From NCBI RefSeq assembly GCF_964355755.1, contig NC_092679.1, positions 24,964,632 to 25,028,631 on the forward strand: 64,000 bases of DNA, written 5' to 3'. The translations under genes were made by a program, and so were the position numbers. Position 1 is the first letter of the stretch. Each line of letters starts with the position of its first letter. The notes beneath the pieces are model-generated. The model saw only the letters and a program-made list of their open reading frames with translations, was not told the DNA's origin and ran no database searches. This DNA is from Antedon mediterranea (taxonomy: Eukaryota > Animalia > Echinodermata). Shown here one piece after another: positions 24,521 through 38,712 of this stretch.

Positions 24521-27500
24521 AAGTTAGTTACTAGTAATGGTCTCTGGCGGTGTCACTTTGTATGTATAACTCTACTATATCTTTAGAATTTGGCCCAGCT
24601 TACGGGCATTGATATCTGGGTCATACTGCATCCAGGGACCAATCTGGGTCATTCTATATCCGGGTACCAATACATAGTTATGAGGCGTCTATTCTCCTTT
24701 GTATTAGACTCTGCTTGTATTTCGTTATGTTGTTTCAAACTCCAACGCCTATAATAAAGCCTGTCGTAGTAATACTATAGTATCACGCCCGCTCATAATA
24801 CAACACAATTTAACCGCTTTATCCATTTTTTATTCATTCTTTACTATTTTCGCGAATCGCGTATATTTTCTATGCTAAAATTTATCGTTTGGATTTTTGT
24901 AGTTATGTCATGGACTAAAATTGTATTCATTAGTGACCATTTTAGGAAAGTTACGTATTTCTAAAATTCTATGAAGAAAGGCTGGAGCTTCTGGGGCCTT
25001 TGATTACTGGCGGTCCCCAACCCTAACCCATGACACTGAGAAAATGATTTGGTTTATTTTTACGAATAGCAAGCATTTTAATAATTATATGATAACCGAC
25101 CTCCAAAAATTGGCAAAAACTCCCATGGGCCAGAAAGTTGTTCTGTGAGGTTTTTACTCAAGTCATTATTGAACATTCCAAGATTTATCGACTACTGTAC
25201 ATTTACTAGAAGCTAAACTGCATAAACTATGTATATGACATACATACTAATTACAATACATACAAATTCAGCATTTATACACATGTACTTCAGGTTATAG
25301 TATAGGATATACAACATACAGTATCCAATTTCCATGCACAAATTATGTACAAGTTCAAATTTAATTTTTTCTAAAATGCCTGATATAGTTGAACGTTCAA
25401 TTAAAAATATATATATAATAAGAAGCTATTATAAATGTTTAAGTCAAATATTCGGCAACAGAAGGGGTACTGAAGTGGTACATCCCTATTTGTGCATGTC
25501 AATGTTATTTTACAAAAAAACTTAAAACATACCAACACCTTGTAAATCTTCCTAAAATTTAGTACCTACCTGTATTAAGTTTGTTAATAGCATTAGTTTT
25601 AACTTTGTTATCAATTTATGATCTACATAAAAGTATCAATCTCAAGTATGCCCTGACTGTTACAAGTAATGCCACAGGTTATGACATATTATTGAAAGAA
25701 AATTATAGTACAAAAAAGTGTAATCAGTTCTTAATTTTATTGCCACCGGCAAAACGTTATATTTTGAAATTTGATATTTTTTAGATTAGTTTATTAGTTT
25801 GTCTGTTAGCAGAATAACATCAGAAATAAAGACAAAAAGGTTATATTTTGATATTTTTTAGATTAGTTTATTAGTTTGTCTGTTAGCAGAATAACATCAG
25901 AATTAAAGACAAAAAGGTTATATTTGGAATTTGTTTGTTAGTTTATTAGACACAAAGACACTACTGAGTGAAATGATTAAATTAAAAATGGAGGAAATTG
26001 GGACCATGATCCCAATTCTGAACCACCTAGGCCAAATTGAACTTTTTGTGTCCCCATTTTAAAACTACATCATTTTTACAATAAATATGTTACTAGACAA
26101 CTCCCTGTTTGGCCTAAACTTAATGGTGTTTTCAACAATGTTAATTAAAAACGGGGCTTAATCATTTTTAATTTTAGAGGTCGACCCATGACGGAGGTAA
26201 GCAATCTCTGATTGCTCCTTTTAAAATGATACCTTGGCTCTCTATCCTGATTATAGTCACTAAGATTTATTTCAACTTTGATATGCCATGATAAGATTGA
26301 TTTTTCAAGATTGTCTGAAAGATCAATGATGCTCATGCATTTTTCATTCAAAATTGAGTTGAATCAATATTTTTGAATATGTACATTTTACAGCTTTAGT
26401 ATTCATTTTGGACTCTAATTTAGTATTCATACTATTAGTAGCTTACTTTAAAGAAATATTGATATTAGAATTTTATTTATAATATTAAAATATTTTATTA
26501 ATGTAAATTAATACTACTACAGGGTACTGTACGTGCACATGGATGGTTATCGAATATATAATGTTCTTCGTAAATAACTGAAAAATGTCAAATTGAACGC
26601 ACCCTTAATAGAGCGAACAAATACAGATGTGATATATGTAGTCAAGTATAGTTGTGCCCATCATTGATTGATAACAACTTTAGATGGAGGCTTATCAATT
26701 TGACATGGTTTTGAGATGAAAAAAAAGATTACAAAATACCATACCAAGATATGTTTAGGTACTATACTTTATTAAATGAAACAATAAATGTTATACATAT
26801 CGTAGAATGAAATAGTACGTCTGTATTGGAGTCGGCAATCTGACTTTTATATGTCACGATCTTTAGCGTATCAATGGTTGTTTCCATTGTTGGCAAACTG
26901 ACCCAGAATCCCACTTATACCTAAATTTACATTTTTCAATTTACATATAATGCATGGTTATAATTGGTTAGTTTTGACCTTCGACCCCTTATATCTCAAA
27001 TGTTTCCTACTTAAATCGATTACAAGATTCGTAATCTATGAAAAACTCTGATCTATAATAAAATATGGAAATTAATACTAATTTGATTATGTAAAGAAAA
27101 TTAACTACTAATATAAATCAAAAACAAAATAATTGTACCGTATTGATTTTTTTTTGTCTTTTGTCTTTATTATCATACTTTGTTAATATAAATATTATAT
27201 TTTTTAAGCATATTTCTCCTCTCATTTATATGTTACAACGTTAAAAGTAATTGAAAAACCATTTGATGTACAGTAATACATAAAATGATTGATTTTGGTG
27301 TTTTAAAAACCCTTATTCTTATTGATTTCTTTTACAAATGTGACTATATTGCAACATTGATATTTCTCAAATTTATGAGTGATAATAAAATATAATTTGC
27401 AATTAACAAAACTATCTAATATAATATCAAATAATAGATTTATTCATATAATTATCAATAAAAATTCATAATCTTGTAAAATAATCGAATATATCAAAAT

Positions 27501-28370
27501 CGGAATACCGAATACAACTTTTGAAATATCAACACTGAGAACCTACACTAACATTTATTGAAATATAGGAATATCTTTAATTTTGTTGTATTCACATTAT
27601 ACAATATCTACCATCATAATTTATTATAATGAGATGAAAACTGAGAACATGTAAAATCTATTGAGCTTAATTGTTTGCAAAGCACTGCTGTTTCTGACCA
27701 TAACAAGGCTTGCTGTAGTGTTTCATGCAAATTACAATGATTAAAACCGCAGTGGAGAGCCAACAGCTGTGTAGGCCAATCTGCTTGCATGTTACATTGG
27801 AGCAATGCCATCAATGCCATCAAAATAACACTGAATTCACTTCTAGTCGTGGCACTTGGTATTTAGAGTCATTTGCTCATAGCTGTATCTCTATGCTTCA
27901 TTTACATTTTCTATTCATAGATGTGTGGTGGGTATACTTATTTTTCATACAATTTGCTGTTACTATCTTCTATATTTTTATCATATGGTATTATCATTTT
28001 GCTAAAACAGGCTGAGTTAATAATTAAATTTGTAATTAATATGATTTTTTAAATTAATGATTGCTTGTGATGTGATCAAAGATGATATTTTAGTTTCATG
28101 TTTGTTGCATGAAAGTACTTGATACAGTGCTGTACATTAAATAGGGACATATTACAATTAATATTTTAATTGAAATAATTTGTATTTTATCGTATGTATA
28201 TGCGTTTTTTCTATTGTCAAGAAATAGTAAACAGCACAGTTTGAATTAGAATTTTCATTTTTTTTGGTACCACAAAGATATTTTTGTAAATACAGTAAAC
28301 CAAAAATATATCTTACAAAAAACGCTGCTAGACTAGAAACAGTTTTTTCCCTGTCGGCCATTAGGGCGCT

Positions 28371-28480
28371 CAATGACCAGTAATGTGCGATCAATGACCA
28401 GTAATGTGCGATCAATGTCCAGTAATGTGCGATCAATGTCCAGTAATGTGCGATCAATGTCCAGTAATGTGCGATCAATG
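28371..28480. repeat. 21-bp minisatellite x5
   Basis: CAATG(A/T)CCAGTAATGTGCGAT tandem; explains the repetitive ORFs at 28158 and 28333. Confidence 0.9.
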
Positions 28481-28758
28481 TATGAATGTTGAATAATGTA
28501 TAATGTATGAATGATCAATTTTGTATATATAATTATTTATTAACAGTAACACTGGAACCAATCAATTTTCTATGTATATTGGACAGAATAAAGTATTGTA
28601 TTGATAACATTGAGTAAAACTATAATTATTGGTAATGAATAAAAGTTTTGTGCTTACAAAAGGAAAATATAAGCCTGTATGAATTTCTTTTTTTCCCATT
28701 TAGAATCAGTTATTTACACAATGCCCATTTCGATGCATATTGTCTTCCACTTACTCTC

Positions 28759-29110
28759 AATATAAGCATATGTACGCTATCTGCATGTACCACTACTGTT
28801 TTTCAATTTCAAGAATATTTCAGGCTATTTTGAGAATTTCAAAATTTTTTAAGATGTTCGCGTGTAATATAAGCATATGTACGCTATCTGCATGTACCAC
28901 TACTGTTTTTCAATTTCAAGAATATTTCAGGCTATTTTGAGAATTTCAAAATTTTTTAAGATGTTCGCGTGTAATATAAGCATATGTACGCTATCTGCAT
29001 GTACCACTACTGTTTGTTAATTTCAAGAACATTTCAGTCCTTTTTGAGAATTTCAAAATTTTTAAAGATGTGTAATATAAGCGCATACGTACGCTATCTG
29101 CATGTACCAC
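28759..29110. repeat. 107-bp tandem repeat x~3.3
   Basis: AATATAAGCATATGTACGCTATCTGCATGTACCAC at 28759, 28866, 28973, 29074. Confidence 0.9.
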
Positions 29111-29940
29111 AGTAAGCTTTGCACACTATTCCTCCTACACTCTGTTTTGTTTTCATCTATCATGATTTTTAGTGTTCTCAAATCCTCTGATAACGTTATG
29201 TTATTTTTTTTGGTCACGACTTTTGTCATCTCTGCAAAATGATTTGTTATTCTCTAGTTTTTTTACGAATGGAATCGTTATTTCATTTTCTGGAACATAA
29301 ATATTATTTTTCAACATTAATTATTAAATTCAGCAATTCAACAAAATGTTCATGGTGTTCAATTGCTCTAAACTTGACCAACAATTGTGTCTGTGTAATT
29401 TATAATTATTATTTTCTGATAAACTATTTTTTAAGGCTTTTTTGTCCTAATTTTGTAAACTTAAAAGGTGAACTGGAACATCAAAGAGAATGAAAAAAAA
29501 CACTCAACAATAACAAAGTCAATTTTGGAAAATATTAAACATTGAGGTTTATATTCATCCAATCAAACTTGTTTTAATGTGATACATATAGTCACAACAT
29601 TTCCAGTCATTTATTGAATCATAATGCGTTTAATTTTTTTCAAAAAGCTTTGTTTGTAATTTGGTTTACAAATTCATGATTGCCTAGACTAACTTGTATA
29701 ATAAAGTCAACACACTAACAATAATGTTGCCCAATCTAGTATTAAATTATCATATTTTTCTTTACAGGTAAATGGGTTAAGGAAACATTGATTCCAAAAT
29801 TTCCAAACAGATGTCATCTTTCTTAACACACACAAATAGGATCTATAAAAAAAGATGCCTTAATTGAACAAACATTTATCTGTTTTATCGTGTTAGTATT
29901 TTCTCATACAAAATACAGTTTTCAGCATTCCAGTATTAAG

Positions 29941-31709
29941 ATGGCAATAGATATGTCTTTTCCAGCTTTTTTTGGACTCTCAAGAGAAACAGCTTTGAGG
30001 ACTTCATTATTAATATTATGTTTATTGCAAGTGGTTAAAATTGATGCACAAAGTACAGAGAATACTAATGACAATTCAACAACAGATACTAACAAGGTTG
30101 TTTGTAAAGATGGTGTCTTTATTCCAATGTGGAATCCAACAGATGTAGCCCTATCAGATAAAGTTGGGCGTGCCATTGTTTACTTCTTAGGACTTATCTT
30201 TATGTTTTTAGGAGTATCTATAATTGCAGATAGGTTTATGTCTGCAATTGAGGTTATTACATCTAAAGAGAAGGAAGTTCAAGTAATTCGACCAAATGGC
30301 GATGAAGTGATTGTAAGTGTTCGCATTTGGAATGAGACAGTTTCTAATCTGACATTAATGGCACTTGGATCATCAGCACCTGAGATTTTGCTTTCTGTTA
30401 TCGAGATTTGTGGAAAAAAATTTAAGGCTGGTGATTTAGGTCCTAGTACAATTGTGGGAAGTGCTGCTTTCAATTTATTTGTCATCATAGCAATCTGTGT
30501 TTATGTCATACCAGATGGGGAGATTCGTAAAATCAAGCACTTGCGGGTATTTTTTGTTACTGCAACATTTAGCATTCTAGCATACATTTGGTTGTATATG
30601 ATATTGGAAACCATATCAAAAAATGTAGTGGATGTCTGGGAGGCATTGTTAACACTGATGCTCTTTCCTGTTACTGTTGTATGGGCTTATGTTGCTGACA
30701 AAAGAATCTTTTTCTATCGTTTTCTCCGAAAGAAATATACAGCAGAAAAGGTAGTTCGTAGAGAATCTCACATGGAGATGGGAGAAGCGGATACAAATCA
30801 TATGAAAAAGAATCATGATGGATCAGAACCAATAGGAATTGAAGGACAGGAAAATGATGCCCTTGAAAAAGACTTGGAAGAAAAAAGAAAAAACTTTGTT
30901 AAATTACTACAGGAACTTAAACATAAACACCCTGAGGCTGATCTTCAAACTTTGGAGCAAATGGCAAACTATGAAGCATTGAACCAAAAGCAAAAGAGCC
31001 GTGCATTCTATCGCATCCAAGCTACTAGAAAAATGTGTGGTGCTGGAAACATTCTAAAAAAAACACTTGATAATAAAAGAGCAAGTATTGCAGAAGTGAA
31101 GATAGAAATGGCACAAGAAGATACAATAACACGGGTATTCTTTGATCCAGCATCATACACTGTCATGGAAAATGTTGGAAGTTTTAGCATTAGTGTTGTA
31201 CGACAAGGAGGAGATATGAATAACACAATCTATGTAGACTACAAAACATCTGATGGTACTGCTAATGCAGGTTCTGATTATCATTATGCTGAAGGAACAC
31301 TTGTATTTAAACCAGGGGAAGTACAAAAAGACATCTATCTTACTATCATTGATGATGATGTTTTTGAAGAAGATGAACATTTTTTTTGTAACCTAGACAA
31401 CATTCGCGTTGGTACCTCAGAGGGAATGTTCGATAGTAATCCATATGGACCATCTGCTGAGCTTGTAGAACCTACAAAATGTCAGATTACTATTCTTGAT
31501 GATGACCATGCTGGTATATTTCATTTTGAAGACAAAGAGGTCAATGTTTCAGAGGCTACAGGCGTTGCTCAGTTTAAGGTAGTCCGTTCATCGGGTGCTA
31601 GAGGTGTTGTTCGTGTTCCATTTAAAACTATAGAAGGAACAGCAAAGGGAAATGGAAAGGATTTTGATCACACCCAAGGGGAAGTCGAATTTCAGAATGA
31701 CGAGGTTTG
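29941..31709 (+). CDS. SLC8A: Na+/Ca2+ exchanger (SLC8/NCX), large first coding exon: signal peptide, TM1-5, alpha-1 repeat, XIP, CBD1, start of CBD2
   Basis: [79 protein letters not shown]; donor TG|GTAAGT. Start could be ATG 29941 or 29953. Confidence 0.97.
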
Positions 31710-34344
31710 GTAAGTTACCTTTTCTTTCTTTTTGGTGAAATTAGACAAGTGATATTTTTTTAAATACTTAATGTCCTGAAAAACTAACAAAAATCATATA
31801 CCGGTACTTGCTTTATTATACTGTATATGATAATGTACATTTTTTAGACCACCATTTTTTAGAACGTCATCTTACTCGGTCTTTTAGTAAAGTGATTGGA
31901 AGGAAAGCTGCAAATTAATGTTTTTAAGCAATTTTGGAAATCTCTCTTTTATTTTATTTCTGAAAATCATGCTCCTGCAAAATTTGTTTGAATGCTGAAA
32001 CTTAAATTGATAGAGCATTCCCTGGGAATTGGAAAGTTGACATCATACACTGTTGAAAAGATAGATGGGAATTCAAGATATGGGTTAAGTAACAGAAACA
32101 CTTAGATAAAGCTCCGACTAAACACAAGCAGCTGGTGGCTTGCATTACTCACTGGTGATTTCATTATAAGAAATCATTGTTTAATTAGGATACCTTCTAG
32201 TAGTACATCATTTAAATTTATCATTAAATTATCAATCATGATTATTAGAAATAACTAAATTTATTATTATGTTTTATATTTTTGTTATAATGTTTATTAC
32301 ATGAAATTATGATTTTAATGAATTAATTAGACTACCTATACTGTAAATACAGTAGACAAACCCTTCTTTGGGACACCCTTTTAAGGGGACACTCTAGGGA
32401 GTGTAGTCGAGTGCAAAAAATACATGATTTTTTTTATTGAAAATAAATCAGTCTCAACAGGCAGCATTGATGTGGAACAGTTGATACTGTAAACAGCAAA
32501 ATACACGCTACAGTAGGCATACGTTTTCCAAGCAAGAGTGGGAGGGAGACGAACGATATCTAATTTGTAACTGATACTGAATAAGAGCTACAATAGATTC
32601 AAAATAGTTTTTACACAAATTTGCAACAAATTTCCCATTTTCAAACACAACAATTTTTTAAGTTTTGCGTTATGTCACATAAATCCTCATGAAACTGAAT
32701 AAAATTTATAATGAAATGTATAAAATAAAGTACTGTATGTGGTACGCTAGTGTAGATAACTAATAAAAAGATTGACAATCACAAGGGTTTATCATGCTAC
32801 AGTATAAAGGAATACAGATTTTGACAAAATGGTTTAGAAACTTAAAATTAAAAGAGATACAAATGCAATTATTGTAGTGGAGTGTAATTGAAATTTCTAA
32901 TGAGCTGTACAGAAATATAGCAAATATGTAAGGCATCTGAATAAATACACCACATGAGTTTAATCAGCCAATCAGTATTAAGTTCATATCTGCCATGGAA
33001 TTTTTTATGTAATGTGATTTCTCTACAGTAGGTAGTAGAATATTGATAGACAATTTTTTCTACTAATAGGCTTTAATCAAGCTTCATTTGCATATTCTTC
33101 TTCATTAGTATAATGTGAATTGGGTTTTCAATATCAATCATATAGCACATGCAAACAATTTTAGATCTTTGATATCTTTTATTATAGTCTATATTAACTA
33201 TAATAATATTGCATTGGTTGCATTTTATTCCAAATGGGCATAAAATTAGAAGGGAAAGCAATCATTATTCTTTTTAAAAATCCTGTTATTACAGTAATTT
33301 GTTTCAAAATTAATAGTTTTCTCACAAGAAGTGTGCCACTGTTTCAAAAGTGTAGCTTCCAAATAAATTATTATTAATGTGATAATAGTGGCAAGAATGT
33401 TGACTCTAGATTGTCTTTCAAAAATTGAATGTTTCCAGCAACCAATTGTTCATATTTTTTACATCCTTATTTGTATTTTTGTCGCTATTTTAGAAAGACA
33501 TTTTAAAGAGGAGAGGTCAAAAGGCACAGAATTACTCAATTACTTGCTCATGCATGACTTCATAGATTTATAGCATCCTTGTAATACATTAATTATTATG
33601 AAACATCTTGCCTGTGCATTTGCTGCCTCATTAACATAATTATTGAATCATACAACTTGTGCTGAATACGATCTTCCTACATTGTAATGTATGCTGATGA
33701 CAGATAACATCACAATATCATCAAAAGAGTGTAGTGTTGAATTGTGTTAACAATTCTTAATATTTAATTACTTCTTACTTTACTTTTTTTTTCTTCAAAT
33801 AACAGTATTGTATTTTAAGATGCTTTGGATACTGATTTGATATATAATATTATTAAAAAGGATCTGTTGTAGGCCTACTGGAAATGTTTATATGAAATTT
33901 GAACATTACTGTCATCTTTGGCCAGAATTGGGTCTAAATGGTGACCTTTCCCCACTCTGCCTACATTTTTTCGATCTAATTTAAGGTCACACATATATAT
34001 CATAATAAAAAAATAAAAAAAACTATTTATGGGCCTTTTGCAATAAATGTTTTCGCTTGCGGATTTATATTTTCGTTTTGCTTCTGTTATGCACCCTCTT
34101 TCGATTGATCTTTAAAAAAAGCAAAAAAATTAAAAAACTGTAACTTTTTGGCGAAAATAATAGATTCTGGCAAAAAAGTTAATTAATGTTTTTTTTTTTT
34201 TTTGCATTTGTTTGGCTATTTAATTTTTTTTTTTGCTTTTTGGCCAAGCGGAGCCAGCTAGCAAAAGGCAGGGTGAAATACCTTGTTATTCTTTCTATGA
34301 AGATTTTATTAAATAACTTCCCAGGGCTAATAATAAACCAGTAA

Positions 34345-34444
34345 TTGGTTATCCGCACTTGGCGGATAACCCCTTGTTATTGTCAGGATCTTTTTTTTTT
34401 TTGGTTATCCGCACTTGGCGGATAACCCCTTGTTATTGTCAGGA

Positions 34445-34476
<32 letters not shown>

Positions 34477-36660
34477 CTATGTTCTTCTTTCTTTCCACGA
34501 ATTTTGTTGGTCGCATATCTCTAATTCTGGCCAACATAAGATTGTATAACTTTGTCATAAGATTGACCTATAGCTGTAGATGTGCAGCCAAGCTTTTGGA
34601 CGATTTTGGAGTTGCGCAGCGTAAGTTACGCGCGATTTTGTGAATTTCAATGATTGATCATAGAATAAAAACTAAAAGTCGTTTTGTATTGAAACTTGGT
34701 GAACATTTAAGTCATATAATGCGCAAACTTCCTATGGATTAAAAATGGCATGTTTCACAAAAAGTTACGCGCGCACGCGCGTTTAAAATTTCAAATTGCG
34801 AAAAATCAATATCTAATCAACTTTCTACGCGTTTCATGTCATTTTAAGCATTTCGAAAATTCCCACGCGTGCGCAATTTTTTTACGCGCACGTGCGCATG
34901 TAGCGCAAAAACATCATTTTTTTGCTTGATTTTTGTTTTTCCTGTCTTTTTTAGAAAATTTACCGACTTTCAAACAATTTCGACTCAAAATCACGTCATA
35001 CGAGCACGTATAATTAAACAATTTACGCGCATTTTTGATGAAAAAGTTCAAAAATTAGTCAAAATTATGCCTTTTTTAAACAGTCATAAATTCTAAACTA
35101 CGTGGTGAACTTTTTTATAATTACATATTCTGGTAGTAGATGAGTTGCAGATATCAAATCATGCATCAATATGGCTAACCAGACATTGTGACGTCATCGT
35201 ATGGCCATTCGAATATAAAATATAGGATTTTTGTCTCTTTCCTCGTAGCTCGTCACTATTAATATAGCGCATCTCCACTTATATGTATTCCATTTCCCCC
35301 CATTTTTTTTATGTTGTCTAGGTCTATTAATTATCTTTCGCACGATTCACCATTTTCAAAATTGTGATGACGTCATCATGTTCAAAAGCGTCAATAACTT
35401 TGTTCACTTATTTTCACCTATTCTGCACTGTATGTAGTACGTATACAGTATATAGTGTATACCGTATATACTCAGACGTGACGAAAAATAAAGAGCACGC
35501 TGAAATTGTTTCAATTACTTAATCGTTTTTCTGCGCGCAATATTTTAACGTATGACGTGCACGTGGCCTTTGCGCTGCGGATAACCTAACTCGTCCGTAG
35601 TGACGAGTTCAAATCTAGTTCTATGTTCTTCTTTCTTTCCCAGAATTTTGTTGCTAGTGTATCTCTAAATCTTCTCAACATAACATTGTATAACTTTATC
35701 AGAAGATTGACCTCTATCTGAAGATGTCGTAATAAGGTTTTCGGTCTCGTCCGAGTTGCGCAGCGTAAGTTGCGCGCGATTTTATGAATTTCAATGATTG
35801 ATCATAGATTAAAAACCAAAAGTCATTTTGTATTGACACTTGGTGAAAATTTAAGTCATATGAAGGGGAAACTTTCTATGGATTAAAAATGGCATGTTTC
35901 ACAGAAAGTTACGCGTGCGTGCACATGTAGCGCAAAAAACATCTATTTTTGCGTGATTTTTGTTTTTTCAGCCTTTTTTAGTAATTTTACCAACTTTCAA
36001 ACAATTTTGACTTAAAATCACGTCATACGAGCACATAGAATTGGACAATTTGCGTGCGTTTTTTATGAAAAAGTTCAAAAATTTGTGAAAATTATGCCTT
36101 TCTTAAAACAGTCATAGATTGTAAACTACGTGGTGAACTTTTTTAAAATTACATATTCTGGAAGTTGATGAGTTGTAGATATCGAATCATGCATCGATAT
36201 GGCTAACCGGACATTGTGACATCATCGTATGGCCACTCGAATATGAAATATAGGATTTTTGTCTCTTTCGTCATAGCTCGTCACATTTAATAGAGCGCAT
36301 CTCCTTTATTCGTATTCCAATTCCCTCAATTTTTTTATTATTGTCTAGGTCAATCGATTATCTTTCGCATGATTCACCATTTTTAAAATTGTGATGACGT
36401 CATCATGTTCAAAAGCGTTAATAACTTTGGTCACTTGTTTTCACCTATTCTGCACTGTATGTAGTACGTATACAGGATATAGTGTATACTGTATATACTT
36501 AGACGGGACACAAAATAGAGAGCACACTGAAATTGTTTCAATGGCATAATCGTTTTTCTTTGCGCAATATTCTAACGTATGATGTGCCGTGGCCTTTGGT
36601 GCCGTGGCCTTTGCGCTGCGGATAACCTAACTCGTCCGAAGTGACGAGTTCGAATCTAGT
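34345..36660 (+). mobile_element. Helentron/DINE-like non-autonomous rolling-circle element (outer copy: 34345-34400 + 35620-36660)
   Basis: 5' GGTTATCCGCACTTGGCGGATAACC, T-run, body, 3' subTIR TGCGGATAACC, hairpin AACTCGTC-n6-GACGAGTT, terminal CTAGT; no TSD. Confidence 0.75.
34401..35619 (+). mobile_element. Complete inner copy of the same Helentron-like family, inserted in the outer copy's T-run
   Basis: Has its own 5' end (TTGGTTATCCGCAC at 34401) and 3' end (hairpin + CTAGT at 35615-35619); body similar but not identical to 35620-36660. Confidence 0.78.
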
Positions 36661-36928
36661 ATTGTTATTTATAATTTTAAAAGCTTCTCAGCACATTGAA
36701 AACAAGTACTTTGGATTATATCGCTTAACGAACCAGCTATTGCCTACATGATTACAAAAATATGTGATTGTTGACATAGGGATGTAATCAAATAAACCAC
36801 AGTGAATAAGGGACATATTTATTGTGTAATTAAAACTCCTTGATGGAGTAAAAATATAAGTTACTTCTAGTTTAGTTAATGTTCTGTTATTTTAATATTA
36901 CTCTATCAAAGATTTTTTTTTCTTTTAG

Positions 36929-37023
36929 GAAATATATTGAAATCAACATTATTGATGATGAAGAGTATGAAAAGAATGTGGACTTTGCTATTGAGCTGGG
37001 AACTCCGTCACTGGTCAAAAGAG
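36929..37023 (+). CDS. SLC8A: NCX coding exon 2 (CBD2, exon A/B-equivalent); alternative donor extends it to 37035
   Basis: TTTTAG|G AAA TAT: (W)KYIEINIIDDEEYEKNVDFAIELGTPSLVKR; donors AG|GTAATG (37024) and TG|GTATGT (37036), both phase 1. Confidence 0.9.
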
Positions 37024-37419
37024 GTAATGGTAGTGGTATGTGTCTCTTTTTGTACTAACTTTTCTAATAATAATATTCATTCATTACATGTACTGTACAT
37101 GATGTCAGTTTATCTTGCATATGGATTTAGTTTGTCCAATTGTCTGATTCTGCTTCTCTTTTGCTACTATAATAACAATAATAATAATCTTAGTGTCAAC
37201 AAAAACACACAAAAGTATAACTATTTAATCAAAGCTGATCACCATATAAATGTACATACTTAACATGATTTCTTGAATAAAAAAGTTACAATGTAGAGAA
37301 AATTAGTAAGCAGGATTAACAAAAATCAAATTTAATATAATAACAATCCAAATAAACTAATAGTGCTAGCAATATATAAACCAGAATGTTTGATCAGCGC
37401 TATTGTTCAGATTTTGCGT

Positions 37420-38005
37420 CTGAAATATACTGTAGTTCTGTTTGACTCTGACTTTCACGATGGAATGGCTCGATTAGTTCATTGTCTGAAATATACTGTA
37501 GTTCTGTTTGACTCTGACTTTCTAATGGAATGGCTCGATTAGTTCATTGTCTGAAATATACTGTAGTTCTGTTTGACTCTGACTTTCTAATGGAATGGCT
37601 CGATTAGTTCATTGTCTGAAATATACTGTAGTTCTGTTTGACTCTGACTTTCTAATGGAATGGCTCGATTAGTTCATTGTCTGAAATATACTGTAGTTCG
37701 GTTTGACTCTGACTTTCTAATGGAATGGCTCGATTAGTTCATTGTCTGAAATATACTGTAGTTCTGTTTGACTCTGACTTTCTAATGGAATGGCTCGATT
37801 AGTTCATTGTCTGAAATATACTGTAGTTCTGTTTGACTCTGACTTTCTAATGGAATGGCTCGATTAGTTCATTGTCTGAAATATACTGTAGTTCTGTTTG
37901 ACTCTGACTTTCTAATGGAATGGCTCGATTAGTTCATTGTCTAAAATATACTGTAGTTCTGTTTGACTCTGACTTTCTAATGGAATGGCTCGATTAGTTC
38001 ATTGT
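37420..38005. repeat. 65-bp minisatellite x9 in NCX intron
   Basis: TCTGAAATATACTGTAGTTCTGTTTGACTCTGACTTTCTAATGGAATGGCTCGATTAGTTCATTG; near-identical units. Confidence 0.95.
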
Positions 38006-38569
38006 ATTTTCACTGTTCTACCTCCCTGTAACTTATTCAGTTTTTGATATACTGTACTTTTCCCATTATCAAAGTCGTAGTCCTTTGGAAATAAAATTGC
38101 TAAATTGAGTAGGCAAAAGAACATCATACCATATTGTAGAAAAACATAAACCTACAGTTGTGTCTTTGTAGTGGCAATGTCTGATTTGCTATTTTTATAC
38201 TATTATAGTATCATTTCAATGCCCTCAAAATTGTTGTTTTAATACTTACAAGAATGTTCTTCTTAAACTACAGGTATGAAATTGTTGGGATATTATTATA
38301 CAATAATTTAGGGTGTATCATAGATCGTAAACTTGAAATCAAATACAGATAAATGGATCTGGTATTAAATCATATTAAAAAAATGTTTTTTTTTGGGGGG
38401 GGGGGGGAAATTAAAACTCTAAATATTTATATTATTTTTATGATTATTGAAAGAAAGATAAACAAAAAATATTTCAAACAAAAAACTTGGTGGGTGGATG
38501 CACATACGTCACAATATTCATGACTTGGTTTTAGTTGGTGTTATTTCTAGATATTTTGTGCTTTTATAG

Positions 38570-38712
38570 GTGCTGATGATCATGAATATGATATGCAAAA
38601 TGCAATAATGAATATGACAGATGATGATCAGCGCATTGCTGATTTGGGGTTGCCTCAACTTGGAGAGAACACCAGAATTCAAGTAAGAATAATGGAAAGC
38701 CAAGAATTTAAG
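38570..38712 (+). CDS. SLC8A: NCX coding exon 3 (end of CBD2)
   Basis: (G)ADDHEYDMQNAIMNMTDDDQRIADLGLPQLGENTRIQVRIMESQEFK; TATAG| and AAG|GTATGT. Confidence 0.9.

Noticed and set aside
26560-26910. Faint Penelope-like reverse transcriptase similarity
   Set aside because: Too degenerate to read an intact motif by eye.
29890-29940. N-terminal extension of the NCX ORF
   Set aside because: GTG start from the ORF caller; the first ATG is 29941, followed by a signal-peptide-like segment.
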